A DNA stretch of 64,000 nt from Candidatus Woesearchaeota archaeon (lineage in GTDB: Archaea > Nanobdellota > Nanobdellia > Woesearchaeales > GCA-2686295): assembly GCA_016784125.1 (NCBI GenBank), contig JADHVI010000001.1, positions 78,417 through 142,416 on the forward strand, written 5' to 3'. Below are positions 7,986 to 17,257 of the stretch, in pieces. Every line of letters begins with the position of its first letter. Within the stretch, counting starts at the first letter, position 1. Both the position numbers and the translations under genes were made by a program. Under the pieces are notes generated by a model. The model saw nothing but the letters and a program-made list of their open reading frames with translations, did no database searches and was not told the DNA's origin.

Positions 7986-8939
7986 TTAACTATTTATTAG
8001 AACAAATTTACTTAGAAGAGCCTCTAATTGTATGAATTCATCACTGCCTTCAACCATTCTAAACTCTGCTTCACCACACTCTTTTACCATTTCAAGTTTT
8101 TTCTTGTCTTCCGTTTCTAATGACCAGATTTCTTTTTGAATTTGTTTAATAATATCTAATCCTGACAATCCATATTCAAGCATTGTTTTCAGAAGCTCAT
8201 TCTTTGCACTCACAAAATCTTTTTTTACACATGACTCCAAGACGCTTTTGACTTCTTTTGGCCTTGCTACACTAGCCATTTCAAAGATTAAATTTTCATC
8301 TATCTTTTTGGTAATTGCTGCAGATGATTGCAAAATATTTTCTACTTTTCTGCAATCGCCATTGGAAATCTCATAGAGTGCTTCTTTTGCTTTTGAATCA
8401 ATAGTAAGAGATTCATCTTTAGCAATTTTATCCATTATGTAGAACATATCTTCTTTAGCTAACGGTTTAAATCTGAATACAGTACATCTGGATTGTATAG
8501 GATCAATTATCTTGGATGAGTAATTACACGATAGGATGAACCTGCATGTTTGAGTATAATTCTCCATGGTTCTCCTCAGAGCTTGTTGAGCTTCTTTAGT
8601 CAAAGCGTCACATTCATCTAGATAAATTATTTTGAATGGAACATTTCCTATGGCTTTAGTTCTAGCAAAGTCTTTTACTTTAACTCTAATAACATCTATT
8701 CCTCTCTCATCAGATGCATTTAGTTCAAGAAAGTTCTCTCGCCAAGAATCTTTAAACATTTGTTTTGCAACAACAAGCGAAAGAGTGGTTTTACCAGTTC
8801 CTGCTGGGCCTGCAAACATTAAATGAGGCATGTTCTGTTGTTTAACAAACGCTTCTGTTCGTTTAACAATTTCTTGTTGGCCTTTTATCTCTGAGAATGT
8901 TTGAGGTCTATACTTTTCAGTCCATATAGCTGCTTCCAT
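7986..8939 (-). CDS. rfcS: Replication factor C small subunit
   Basis: WTEKYRPQTFSEIKGQQEIV..., Walker A GPAGTGKTT, DEAD-like LDECD, SRC motif (IQSRC). 317 aa with no intein. Confidence 0.95.
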   Translation of the reverse strand: MEAAIWTEKYRPQTFSEIKGQQEIVKRTEAFVKQQNMPHLMFAGPAGTGKTTLSLVVAKQMFKDSWRENFLELNASDERGIDVIRVKVKDFARTKAIGNVPFKIIYLDECDALTKEAQQALRRTMENYTQTCRFILSCNYSSKIIDPIQSRCTVFRFKPLAKEDMFYIMDKIAKDESLTIDSKAKEALYEISNGDCRKVENILQSSAAITKKIDENLIFEMASVARPKEVKSVLESCVKKDFVSAKNELLKTMLEYGLSGLDIIKQIQKEIWSLETEDKKKLEMVKECGEAEFRMVEGSDEFIQLEALLSKFVLINS

Positions 8940-8974
8940 GCTTAGAAAGAATAAAAGATGATTTATAAAAGTTA

Positions 8975-9238
8975 TTAAACAATATCTTCTTCAGCGACAA
9001 CCAGAAAGTCCCCTATAGCTATAACTGCGCTGAACGGAATAAGTATGTTGCCTTCTTTTGTTTTTTCTAGTTCCAATTTTTCAGTATATGATGTCGGATT
9101 TGATAGAACCATGTGTATAAGTTCGCCTGAGCTTGTTTCAAAGACAATGTCTCCTACTTCACCAAATTTCTTCCCAGTTTTAGAAACGACAGTTTTACCT
9201 AAAAGTTGTTTTGAAAATTTTTTCTCCTCTTCTGCCAT
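8975..9238 (-). CDS. PRC-barrel domain protein
   Basis: 87 aa. LLGKTVVSKTGKKFGEVGDIVFETSSGELIHMVL...ILIPFSAVIAIGDFLVV fits the PRC-barrel pattern of small archaeal proteins. Confidence 0.6.
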   Translation of the reverse strand: MAEEEKKFSKQLLGKTVVSKTGKKFGEVGDIVFETSSGELIHMVLSNPTSYTEKLELEKTKEGNILIPFSAVIAIGDFLVVAEEDIV

Positions 9239-9381
9239 TTTATCACCCTAAAGTTAAAGATTTTATAACATTGTTGAGGGACAACAAGTATTTAAAACTT
9301 TTGTTTTTAGATAATTATTGTCGAATATTATGCGTGCGTTTTCACAAAAGATTTATAAAAAAACTTTCATGATTTATCTTT

Positions 9382-9759
9382 ATGACTTCGTTACTTGCGT
9401 GTTTATCAACTGGTAAGGGTTCTTGGGCTCATCTTTTGGAAGTTATAAGAGGTACTGAATGGGATAATGTTATTTTAGTAACAAACGAGTTTGGAAAAGA
9501 ACGTTTTAATGAACCAAATGTTCAGCTTATAACTCTTGATTTGAACCTTTCACCTGATATTCTTTCAGATTCTATTGTTGCTGCTCTTCACGGTAAGAAT
9601 CTTGGAATGGAAGTGGCCATAAATATGTCTTCAGGTACAGGAAATGAGCATATGGCTCTTTTATCTGCGGTTTTAAAACTTGGTTTAGGAATGAGATTAG
9701 TGTTTTCTAAAAATGGAACCGTAGAAGAGTTAAAATTGTTCAATGCTTCTTTTGACTAG
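9382..9759 (+). CDS. Small Rossmann-like protein, possible minimal CARF-like ligand-binding domain (hypothetical)
   Basis: 125 aa. An N-terminal strand-loop LLACLSTGKGSW and a later NMSSGTGNEHMALLSA resemble the CARF signature (N-x-T-G-G-T-K-x-M). No effector domain and no cas genes are present. Confidence 0.25.
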   Translation: MTSLLACLSTGKGSWAHLLEVIRGTEWDNVILVTNEFGKERFNEPNVQLITLDLNLSPDILSDSIVAALHGKNLGMEVAINMSSGTGNEHMALLSAVLKLGLGMRLVFSKNGTVEELKLFNASFD

Positions 9760-10333
9760 AATAAACTCTATAGCCTGATTTTATTCCTAATTCTTCTTTG
9801 TTACCAAAAACAGAAAGCATTTTTTCAGATAAACTTTTCCCACCTTTGTTGTGTCGGGCCACAATTTGTAATGATCCTCCTAGAGTAATGTGCTCAAAGC
9901 TTTCTTCTATTAGCCTAAAACAAACACTTTTTCCAGCCACTTGAGGAGGATTTAGTAATATTAAATCAAATTTATCTTTTATTTTTTGGAAACCATCGGA
10001 TTGAAAAACTTTTCCTTGGATTTTGTTAAGCTTCAAATTTTTCCTTGCCAAAAAAGCTGCTCTTTTATTAACATCACTAAAGAAGACATCACAATTTGAA
10101 AACATTTTATGTACATAAATGCCAACGATTCCAATTCCACATCCCAAATCCAAAATTTTGCTGTTGTTATTTACTTTCATGTATTTGAGAAGAACAGAAG
10201 TGCCTTTATCCAATCTTTTTTTTGAGAAAACTCCTGAACCAGAATAAAGAGGTATAGATATATTTCCAATACATATTTCAATCTCTTGAATGTTTAAAGG
10301 TGCTGTTTGTTCTTCAGAATAATAATGTTCCAT
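9740..10333 (-). CDS. Class I SAM-dependent methyltransferase, MTS/RsmC-like (MJ0882-like)
   Basis: 197 aa. Motif I is ILDLGCGIGIVG and motif IV is LLNPPQVAG. Size and layout match the small archaeal MJ0882-type methyltransferases. Confidence 0.7.
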   Translation of the reverse strand: MEHYYSEEQTAPLNIQEIEICIGNISIPLYSGSGVFSKKRLDKGTSVLLKYMKVNNNSKILDLGCGIGIVGIYVHKMFSNCDVFFSDVNKRAAFLARKNLKLNKIQGKVFQSDGFQKIKDKFDLILLNPPQVAGKSVCFRLIEESFEHITLGGSLQIVARHNKGGKSLSEKMLSVFGNKEELGIKSGYRVYSSQKKH

Positions 10334-10334
10334 T

Positions 10335-10952
10335 TTACATTACTTTGATGAGTGAGTATGAAAACGCATCAGCAACTCTAACGGCATCTCCTTCTTTGTA
10401 TTCAAGGATTATACATCTATTATAACCATAAACAGTGTTTCTATTACTTTTCTTGAAAGATATTACAACTACTTCTTGACTGGCATTATCACAAGTTGCA
10501 TATGGTAAACCTTCAACTAAATCATTTACTGCACTAACTGTTTTAATATTGAGCACTTCATATCTTTCACCAGTTATCTTGGCAATTTCTATTCCTGCAA
10601 TTGCCATGTCTGAACTGCTATCTCCTGGTAAAGAGATTATAATTTTTTTAGGTCTGTAAACAAGTATTATGTTTTCCACATCTTCTTCTACATTGATGTC
10701 TTCTAATTCATTTGGGTGAAAATAATATGGTATGGTGTAAGGTACTTTGTTGAGTTCAATCTTTGTAAACCATAATTCGCTACTCTGGTCATAATAGAAT
10801 TGGAATTCATGATAATTATTAGCATTAACTTGACTTTCAACTTTGTGCTTACTGTAATAAATAGATCCTATAAGAACCACGCATATCACAATGACTATAA
10901 CAATAAACCAAACTTTGCTTTCATTGCTTTTCTTACTGCTCTTCTTCATCAT
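10335..10952 (-). CDS. N-terminally anchored extracytoplasmic protein, tandem paralog 2 (hypothetical)
   Basis: TM helix VWFIVIVIVICVVLIGSIYY. Shares YHEFQF, WFTKI, FHPNEL, ATCDNASQ and RCIIL with the upstream paralog. Confidence 0.55.
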   Translation of the reverse strand: MMKKSSKKSNESKVWFIVIVIVICVVLIGSIYYSKHKVESQVNANNYHEFQFYYDQSSELWFTKIELNKVPYTIPYYFHPNELEDINVEEDVENIILVYRPKKIIISLPGDSSSDMAIAGIEIAKITGERYEVLNIKTVSAVNDLVEGLPYATCDNASQEVVVISFKKSNRNTVYGYNRCIILEYKEGDAVRVADAFSYSLIKVM

Positions 10953-11529
10953 TCATAACACCATAGTGCACATATAGAATTAAATCTCTGAATCTAAAGA
11001 AGTCTTCTGTGTATCCATTCATTATGATACACCCATTTTCTTCTCTTATGCTTGTTTCGGTTGAAATATTAAAATATATTACAGGCATAAACTGTGTGGC
11101 ATTATCACAAGTAATTTTTGGAAGAAAGTATGTATCTGATTCTTTTGTTATGCCATCAATGACAAAAGAACTTATAGTAATCTGAAGATCTCTTCTTACA
11201 GAATCAATATACAATAAATTTTGTAATTCACTATCAGGATCAAAAGTAAGATACATGACAGGAGACAATAATTTTTCATTTAAAGAGTTTGGATGTTCTA
11301 AATACAGTAATTCTTGTGGTAATGACTGAAAGCCAATTCTCTGTTCACCAATCTTGGTTACAAAGACATTTTCAGTTCTTGTGAATTTGAAGCCGTTATA
11401 TTCCCATTTCTCACTACCTCTATTACCAACAATGATGCCCAGCATACTGACAACCATTAGGAGGACTAGTACTCCGCCCATCAAAAACTTCTTTTTTCGG
11501 GCCTTTCGAGAGTCTATTCTTTTAAGCAT
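10933..11529 (-). CDS. N-terminally anchored extracytoplasmic protein, tandem paralog 1 (hypothetical)
   Basis: TM helix FLMGGVLVLLMVVSMLGIIV. Motifs YNGFKF, FVTKI, EHPNSL, ITCDNATQ and GCIIM. Overlaps the downstream paralog by 20 nt. Confidence 0.55.
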   Translation of the reverse strand: MLKRIDSRKARKKKFLMGGVLVLLMVVSMLGIIVGNRGSEKWEYNGFKFTRTENVFVTKIGEQRIGFQSLPQELLYLEHPNSLNEKLLSPVMYLTFDPDSELQNLLYIDSVRRDLQITISSFVIDGITKESDTYFLPKITCDNATQFMPVIYFNISTETSIREENGCIIMNGYTEDFFRFRDLILYVHYGVMNDEEEQ

Positions 11530-11604
11530 GCACCTCTAGAATAGTACTCCATTTAAATAATTTTTTCAAAAACCTTTAAATATCCATTACCTTTTAGCGA
11601 TACT

Positions 11605-14130
11605 ATGTTGCCAGACAAGGAGATTAAGAAAAAATTCAGACCAATATTTTCAAAGAGTCCAGATAAATTCTATCCTACTGATGTATTAAAAGAAGAGGGT
11701 TTTGAAAGAAAGATTTGTCCTTCTTGTAAAAAGCCTTTTTGGTCTACCACTAATAGAGATGTTTGTGGAGATCCTGCTTGTAGTAAAGAATTCGGATTTA
11801 TTGGGAACTCGCCAGCAAAAAACAAACTTGGTTATGTTGATGTTTGGCTTGAATTTTCTAAAATGTTCAAGAAATTTGGATATACACCTATAAAAAGATA
11901 TCCCGTCGTTGCACGTTGGAATCCAACTATGGAATACACTAATGCTTCGATTGCAGCTTTTCAGCCATATGTTATTTCTGGTGCTATAAAACCCCCCGCA
12001 AACCCCCTTGTAGTGCCCCAGTTTTGTTTGAGATTTGCAGATGTTGACAATGTTGGCATTACAGGAAGTCATAATACGGGGTTTGTTATGATTGGACAAC
12101 ACATGTTTGTTCCGCCAGAAAAATGGGATCAGAATGAAGTTTTCAGACATATTCATACATGGGTTAAGAAAGGAATTGGTTTGCCTAATAAGGAAGTAAC
12201 TTTTCATGAAGATGCTTGGGCAGGCGGAGGAAATTTTGGTTGTTGTATGGAATTTTTTTCCAGAGGTTGTGAGCTTGGAAATCAAGTGTATATGTTGTAT
12301 GAACAAACAAATAAAGGTCATAAGGATCTTAACATTAAAGTTCTTGATATGGGCATGGGTCAGGAAAGAAACGCTTGGTTTACTCAAGGAACAAATACTA
12401 TGTATGATGCAATATTCCCATCTGTCATAAAGAAATTGAAACAAATAACAGGAATAAAAGTTGATGATAAAATTATGAAGCGATATGTGCCTTATTCAGG
12501 TTTGCTTAACATTGACGAGACAGACAATATACAGGCTTCTTGGAACGCAGTTTCCAAAAAAGTTGGTGTGGAAACATCTGAATTGAAAAAACTCATAATT
12601 CCAATGTCTGCAGTATACTCCGTTGCAGAACACTCTAGATCATTATTAGTTGCTCTGTCTGATAGTGCACTTCCAAGTAATGTTGGTGGTGGATACAATC
12701 TTAGAATGATATTGAGACGAGCGCTATCTTTTATCAATCAGTATGGATGGGATGTATCTCTGAATGATGTTTGTGAATGGCACGCAATTTACTTGAAAAA
12801 AATGTTTCCAGAACTGTCCGAGAGTCTTCCTGAAGTAAATGAAATATTAGATGTTGAAAAAAGAAAATATTCTGAAACAAGGAAAAGAAACCAGCAAATT
12901 ATTTCACAAATAATCAAAAAGAAAATAGATGATGACAAATTAGTGGAATTATATGATAGTCAAGGTATTACACCTGATCAAGTTGTAGAAGAAGCCAAAA
13001 AACAAAACACTACAATTTCTGTTCCTGAAAATTTTTACTCATTGGTGTCTGCAAGACATGAAGCAAAAGATCAAAAAACTCAAACAAAAAAAGAACTAGA
13101 TTTAGATCTCAAAGGAGTTCCAGATACAGAAGTACTTTACTTTGATTATTATGATTTAATAAAATTTGAAGGTGTAGTTCTAAAAATTATTGGTAACAAA
13201 GTAATTCTTGATCGAACAGCATTTTATCCTACATCGGGAGGTCAGATGAATGATAAGGGATTATTAGGTAAACATAAAGTTGTTGAAGTTGTCAAACAAG
13301 GAGGAATAATTGTTCACATACTTGAACAGAAACCAACTTTTAAGAAAGGAGATTTTATCAAAGGAAACATAAATTTTGAAAGACGATTACAATTAACTCA
13401 GCATCACACAGGCACACACATCTTGAATGGGGCTGCCAAGAAAGTTTTAGGTAATCATATTTGGCAAGGCGGAGCTGCTAAATTTATTGATCACGCTAGA
13501 TTGGATATAACTCATTTTGAACAATTAACTCAGGAGCAACTTAAGAAAATAGAGGCTTTAGCTAATAATATAATCAATCAAAACTTGCCTGTTTACAAAT
13601 CATTTATGTCAAGAGATGTGGCAGAATCTAAATATGGTTTTACTATTTATCAAGGTGGAGCAGTACCGGGGAAAAAACTAAGAATAGTGGAGATTCCAGG
13701 GTTTGATGTTGAAGCTTGTGGAGGTACACATTTAAATCTTACAGGGGAATGTAAATCTTTAAGAATTCTTAAATCAACAAAAGTACAGGACGGAGTTATA
13801 AGAATTGAATTTGTGTGTGGGAATGCAGCCATAGGTGTTGCTAGTCAGCAAAAAGATTTGGTGGCAGAAATTTCTACTCTTCTAAATTGTAAAGAAGACG
13901 AAATTTATTATCGAGCTGAAGAACTCTTTTCGAAATGGAAGCAAGTTAGAAAGGCCATTAAGAAGAAAAAAAAGATATCTCGTGAAGATATTAAATTAAT
14001 TTCTAAAAAGAAATTTTCTGGCGATGTTGGTACTGCAACAGCGGAGTTTTTGAGAACTCAACCAGAACATTTACCTAAAACAATTAAAAGATTTTTATCA
14101 GACTTAGAATTCGCCACTAAGAATAATTAA
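11605..14130 (+). CDS. alaS: Alanine--tRNA ligase (archaeal type)
   Basis: The archaeal AlaRS N-terminus has a zinc knuckle (CPSCKKPFWS...CGDPAC). The editing domain carries HHTGTHIL and CGGTH. Confidence 0.95.
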   Translation: MLPDKEIKKKFRPIFSKSPDKFYPTDVLKEEGFERKICPSCKKPFWSTTNRDVCGDPACSKEFGFIGNSPAKNKLGYVDVWLEFSKMFKKFGYTPIKRYPVVARWNPTMEYTNASIAAFQPYVISGAIKPPANPLVVPQFCLRFADVDNVGITGSHNTGFVMIGQHMFVPPEKWDQNEVFRHIHTWVKKGIGLPNKEVTFHEDAWAGGGNFGCCMEFFSRGCELGNQVYMLYEQTNKGHKDLNIKVLDMGMGQERNAWFTQGTNTMYDAIFPSVIKKLKQITGIKVDDKIMKRYVPYSGLLNIDETDNIQASWNAVSKKVGVETSELKKLIIPMSAVYSVAEHSRSLLVALSDSALPSNVGGGYNLRMILRRALSFINQYGWDVSLNDVCEWHAIYLKKMFPELSESLPEVNEILDVEKRKYSETRKRNQQIISQIIKKKIDDDKLVELYDSQGITPDQVVEEAKKQNTTISVPENFYSLVSARHEAKDQKTQTKKELDLDLKGVPDTEVLYFDYYDLIKFEGVVLKIIGNKVILDRTAFYPTSGGQMNDKGLLGKHKVVEVVKQGGIIVHILEQKPTFKKGDFIKGNINFERRLQLTQHHTGTHILNGAAKKVLGNHIWQGGAAKFIDHARLDITHFEQLTQEQLKKIEALANNIINQNLPVYKSFMSRDVAESKYGFTIYQGGAVPGKKLRIVEIPGFDVEACGGTHLNLTGECKSLRILKSTKVQDGVIRIEFVCGNAAIGVASQQKDLVAEISTLLNCKEDEIYYRAEELFSKWKQVRKAIKKKKKISREDIKLISKKKFSGDVGTATAEFLRTQPEHLPKTIKRFLSDLEFATKNN

Positions 14131-14558
14131 TGAATAATTACTGTTTTCTCTTTGTAAGCTTGCGCACAATGTTGACAGCAAAAAGTTTTTTCTTTGTTTT
14201 TGATGAGATCTATAAATCCTCCTTCATAAATTTTACAATCACAATGTGGGCATGTAGTTAACCTTTTTTCAATAACAGTATTTATGAGTGATCCAAGTTT
14301 ATTGAAAACAACTTCAATGAATTCTTCTCCACTCTTAGTCAAACAATATCTCTTCTTTTCTCTTTCTTCAATTTCTTTGCAACAAATAAATTCGTTGTCT
14401 TGAAGAGATTTCAAAAAAGGATATATGTGGCTTGCACTAATGTTTCTATCCATTCTTGTTTCTAACTCTTTAATGATCTCATATCCATGCTTTGGCCCGT
14501 TGTTCAGAAGACATAAAGTATATAGCTTAACTACGCTATTAATCTTGATATGGGCCAT
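14127..14558 (-). CDS. PadR-family winged-helix regulator with C-terminal Cys-rich (TRASH/zinc-ribbon-like) domain
   Basis: LCLLNNGPKHGYEIIKELE...ISASHIYPFLKSLQDNEFI is PadR-like. The C-terminus reads CPHCDCKIYEGGF...FCCQHCAQAY. Confidence 0.65.
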   Translation of the reverse strand: MAHIKINSVVKLYTLCLLNNGPKHGYEIIKELETRMDRNISASHIYPFLKSLQDNEFICCKEIEEREKKRYCLTKSGEEFIEVVFNKLGSLINTVIEKRLTTCPHCDCKIYEGGFIDLIKNKEKTFCCQHCAQAYKEKTVIIH

Positions 14559-14654
14559 TTTTTTTAGAATTAAGTCTTATTTAAAAACCTATCTGAAAGC
14601 CATAACTATTGAGTAATAGAAACAAATATATACTCTGACACATAAGTTTGTAAT

Positions 14655-15320
14655 ATGAGTTTATTGAAAGCTATCCAAACAATAAAATTAAATCTAGGGT
14701 CCGATGTTAAACTCATCGCTGTCACGAAAAAAAGATCTGTGAGAGAAATAAATCAACTAATTTTTTTAGGAGTAAAAGATATTGGTGAAAGCCAAGTTCA
14801 AGAAGCAGAAGAAAAGAAATCTCTAATTAAAGAGCAAGTAAATTGGCATTTAATTGGACATCTTCAAAGAAATAAGATTAAACAAGCAGTTGAAATATTT
14901 GATATGATTCAAAGCGTTGATTCTTATAAGCTTGCTAAAAAAATTAACTCTGTGTGCAAAAGCAAAAACAAAGTAATGGCAGTTCTTGTACAAGTTAACA
15001 TTGCGAAAGAACCTCAAAAATATGGGCTTATGGAAGAAGAAGTTATCCCATTTCTGAAAAGTTTGTTTGAGTTTAAAAATATAAAAATTTTAGGTTTGAT
15101 GACCATTGCTCCATTCATAAAACCAGAGGAAACAAGGACTTATTTCAGGAAGATGAAGCATTTATTCAATAAAATTCAAAAAGAAAATTTGTCCGGGATA
15201 GAAATGAAATACTTGAGTATGGGCATGACTAATGATTATAAAGTGGCTATACAAGAAGGGTCTAACATGGCAAGAATAGGTACTGCTATTTTCCGAGAAG
15301 TTCAAAAACCTTCTTCTTAA
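14655..15320 (+). CDS. YggS/PLPBP-family pyridoxal-phosphate homeostasis protein
   Basis: LIAVTKKRS (PLP lysine context), GESQVQEA, HLIGHLQRNK, LSMGMTNDY. 221 aa. Confidence 0.85.
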   Translation: MSLLKAIQTIKLNLGSDVKLIAVTKKRSVREINQLIFLGVKDIGESQVQEAEEKKSLIKEQVNWHLIGHLQRNKIKQAVEIFDMIQSVDSYKLAKKINSVCKSKNKVMAVLVQVNIAKEPQKYGLMEEEVIPFLKSLFEFKNIKILGLMTIAPFIKPEETRTYFRKMKHLFNKIQKENLSGIEMKYLSMGMTNDYKVAIQEGSNMARIGTAIFREVQKPSS

Positions 15321-16194
15321 CGAAATCATTATCATAACACTTTTCTTTCAAAGAACAAGAATTGCACTTATTTTTGTTTTCTGTGAATTCGGGCAATTCT
15401 CGCTTTTCAAGAATGTTTATAATCGCATCTCGAGTTTTCAAAACTCTTTCTTCTAAGAATGAATTAACAATCAATTCACGAGATTGATTTACATCAAGAT
15501 AAGTAATAAAATATCCCCTGACATTTTCTCCCAATTCTCTCATAATCATTGCATATGCGGCTAATTGTAGTTTATGAGAAGGCCATACGCCTCTATCAGG
15601 TGCTCTTCCAGTCTTAATTTCATACAATAGTTTTTTGTCAGGATATTTTTCAACCCTGTCAATAGCTCCACGTAGCATTAAGTTTTCAGATTGAACATTT
15701 ACTTCAGAATACATCTTTGGAGTCAACTGGTTCCATAATTCTTCACTATAAACTTCATGTCTGGCTACAAAATTAAACAAGTTTTCAGCTCTAAAAGTTG
15801 ATTCTCTTACAATCATGGGCCAAGATTTCTTGAAGAAATCAATTAGCGAAGCATTTATGTCTATCAAAGATTGTTTATTGTCAGAAATGACTTTTCTTAG
15901 AATATCCGCATGAGAATCTTTATATTTATCCAATATCTGGCTATAAGATGGTCTTTTTTTGATAGACTCAACCACCGTCTGTTCTTCTTTATTTATTAAA
16001 TCGAAGACTTTATGTCTGATGATGTCTTTTATCACTTCATCTTTTGGCGGAGCAGCTATTTTGAGAACTTTGTCTAAAAAAATCTTTCTTTGACAGAATT
16101 CATAGTCGGAGAGCAGAGTAACAGGAATCACATCATTACTAATGAAGTTATATTTAAATGTCTTTACCGCAATCAAAAAGAATAAAAACAACAC
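15286..16194 (-). CDS. Cas4-like PD-(D/E)XK nuclease with 4-Cys cluster (stand-alone)
   Basis: One N-terminal Cys in SDYEFCQRKIFL and a C-terminal CNSCSLKEKC. Nuclease core GAIDRVEKY...LYEIKTGR and QLAAYAMIM (QxxxY). No cas genes or repeats nearby. Confidence 0.7.
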   Translation of the reverse strand: MLFLFFLIAVKTFKYNFISNDVIPVTLLSDYEFCQRKIFLDKVLKIAAPPKDEVIKDIIRHKVFDLINKEEQTVVESIKKRPSYSQILDKYKDSHADILRKVISDNKQSLIDINASLIDFFKKSWPMIVRESTFRAENLFNFVARHEVYSEELWNQLTPKMYSEVNVQSENLMLRGAIDRVEKYPDKKLLYEIKTGRAPDRGVWPSHKLQLAAYAMIMRELGENVRGYFITYLDVNQSRELIVNSFLEERVLKTRDAIINILEKRELPEFTENKNKCNSCSLKEKCYDNDFVKKKVFELLGK

Positions 16195-16209
16195 GATATA
16201 ATTAGTAGA

Positions 16210-17232
16210 ATGAAGCTAAAATCTTTTCAGAAAAAACTGCTTGAGAAGAAGGTAGATGGTGCATTATTGTTCTTTAGAGATCCGAATTTTTTTTATTTTA
16301 CACAACAAAACATAGATAACTCTATTTTACTCATACCTGCAAAAGGAAAACCATTGCTTTTTGTGAACAAATTGGAAGATGTAAATGTATCTATAAAAAC
16401 AATTATGTATGATGATCCTTATAAAGATTTAAGATCAACTTTAAAAAAGTTAAATTTGAAGATTCTTGGCATCAATGAATTTGCTATGACAGTCAAACAA
16501 AAGAGGTTTATATCAAAGACTGCAAAAACCGTTGATATAGAAAAGATTCTTCGAACATTAAGAGAAACCAAAACTGACGAGGAAATCAAAAATATTCAAA
16601 AAGCTTGTTCAATAACAGATAATATTCTTAGTAAGATAGTTAAACAGTTTCATTTCAAGACTGAAAAAGAAGTGAAGGATTTTATCAAAATCGAAGCCAT
16701 CAAAGAGGGGTGTGAGCTCTCTTTTGAACCAGTGGTTGCATCTGGCAAAGGTGCCTCTATACCACACTATTCTGGAAATAAAGCTATAAAAAAAGGGTTT
16801 ATGATTATTGATATGGGTGTCAAATATAGAGGTTATTGTGCAGACATAACTCGCACAGTGTATATTGGAACACCATCTGATAAAGAATTGGATTTATACA
16901 ATAAGATTTTATCGATTCAGAAATTAGCTATTAAAATGGTTAAACCAAATCAAAAAATATCTGAGATAGAAGCTTTTGTTAGGAAAAAGCTCGGATCTGA
17001 TGATAAATACTTTACTCACAGTTTAGGTCACGGCCTGGGAATTGATGTTCACGAATCGCCGACAGTGAGTATAAAATCAAAGAAAACCCTTGAAAAAGGT
17101 ATGGTTATCACGATAGAACCTGGATTATATAATCAGTTTGGTATAAGAATTGAAGATGATGTTCTCGTAACAAAAAAAGGTTATGCATTACTTTCTAAGT
17201 TTTCCAAGGCGCTGATTATACCAAAGTTTTAA
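16210..17232 (+). CDS. M24-family Xaa-Pro aminopeptidase/dipeptidase
   Basis: Pita-bread motifs: DMGVKYRGYCADITRT, HSLGHGLGIDVHESP, ITIEPGLY, IRIEDDVLV. Confidence 0.85.
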   Translation: MKLKSFQKKLLEKKVDGALLFFRDPNFFYFTQQNIDNSILLIPAKGKPLLFVNKLEDVNVSIKTIMYDDPYKDLRSTLKKLNLKILGINEFAMTVKQKRFISKTAKTVDIEKILRTLRETKTDEEIKNIQKACSITDNILSKIVKQFHFKTEKEVKDFIKIEAIKEGCELSFEPVVASGKGASIPHYSGNKAIKKGFMIIDMGVKYRGYCADITRTVYIGTPSDKELDLYNKILSIQKLAIKMVKPNQKISEIEAFVRKKLGSDDKYFTHSLGHGLGIDVHESPTVSIKSKKTLEKGMVITIEPGLYNQFGIRIEDDVLVTKKGYALLSKFSKALIIPKF

Positions 17233-17257
17233 AAACATTGCTGCAATACTTTTTTAA

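Noticed and set aside
11686-12444. 252-aa minus-strand ORF inside alaS
   Set aside because: It is antisense to a highly conserved AlaRS region, its composition is typical of an AT-rich shadow ORF, and no motifs are recognisable. The same reasoning rejects the other nested or antisense track ORFs, for example 1903..2133, 5447..5632, 5740..5922, 8632..8826, 9045..9251, 19621..20016, 21936..22247, 33005..33454, 35361..35687, 38079..38447, 41427..41735, 41847..42236, 56441..56719, 58677..59009 and 63044..63355.
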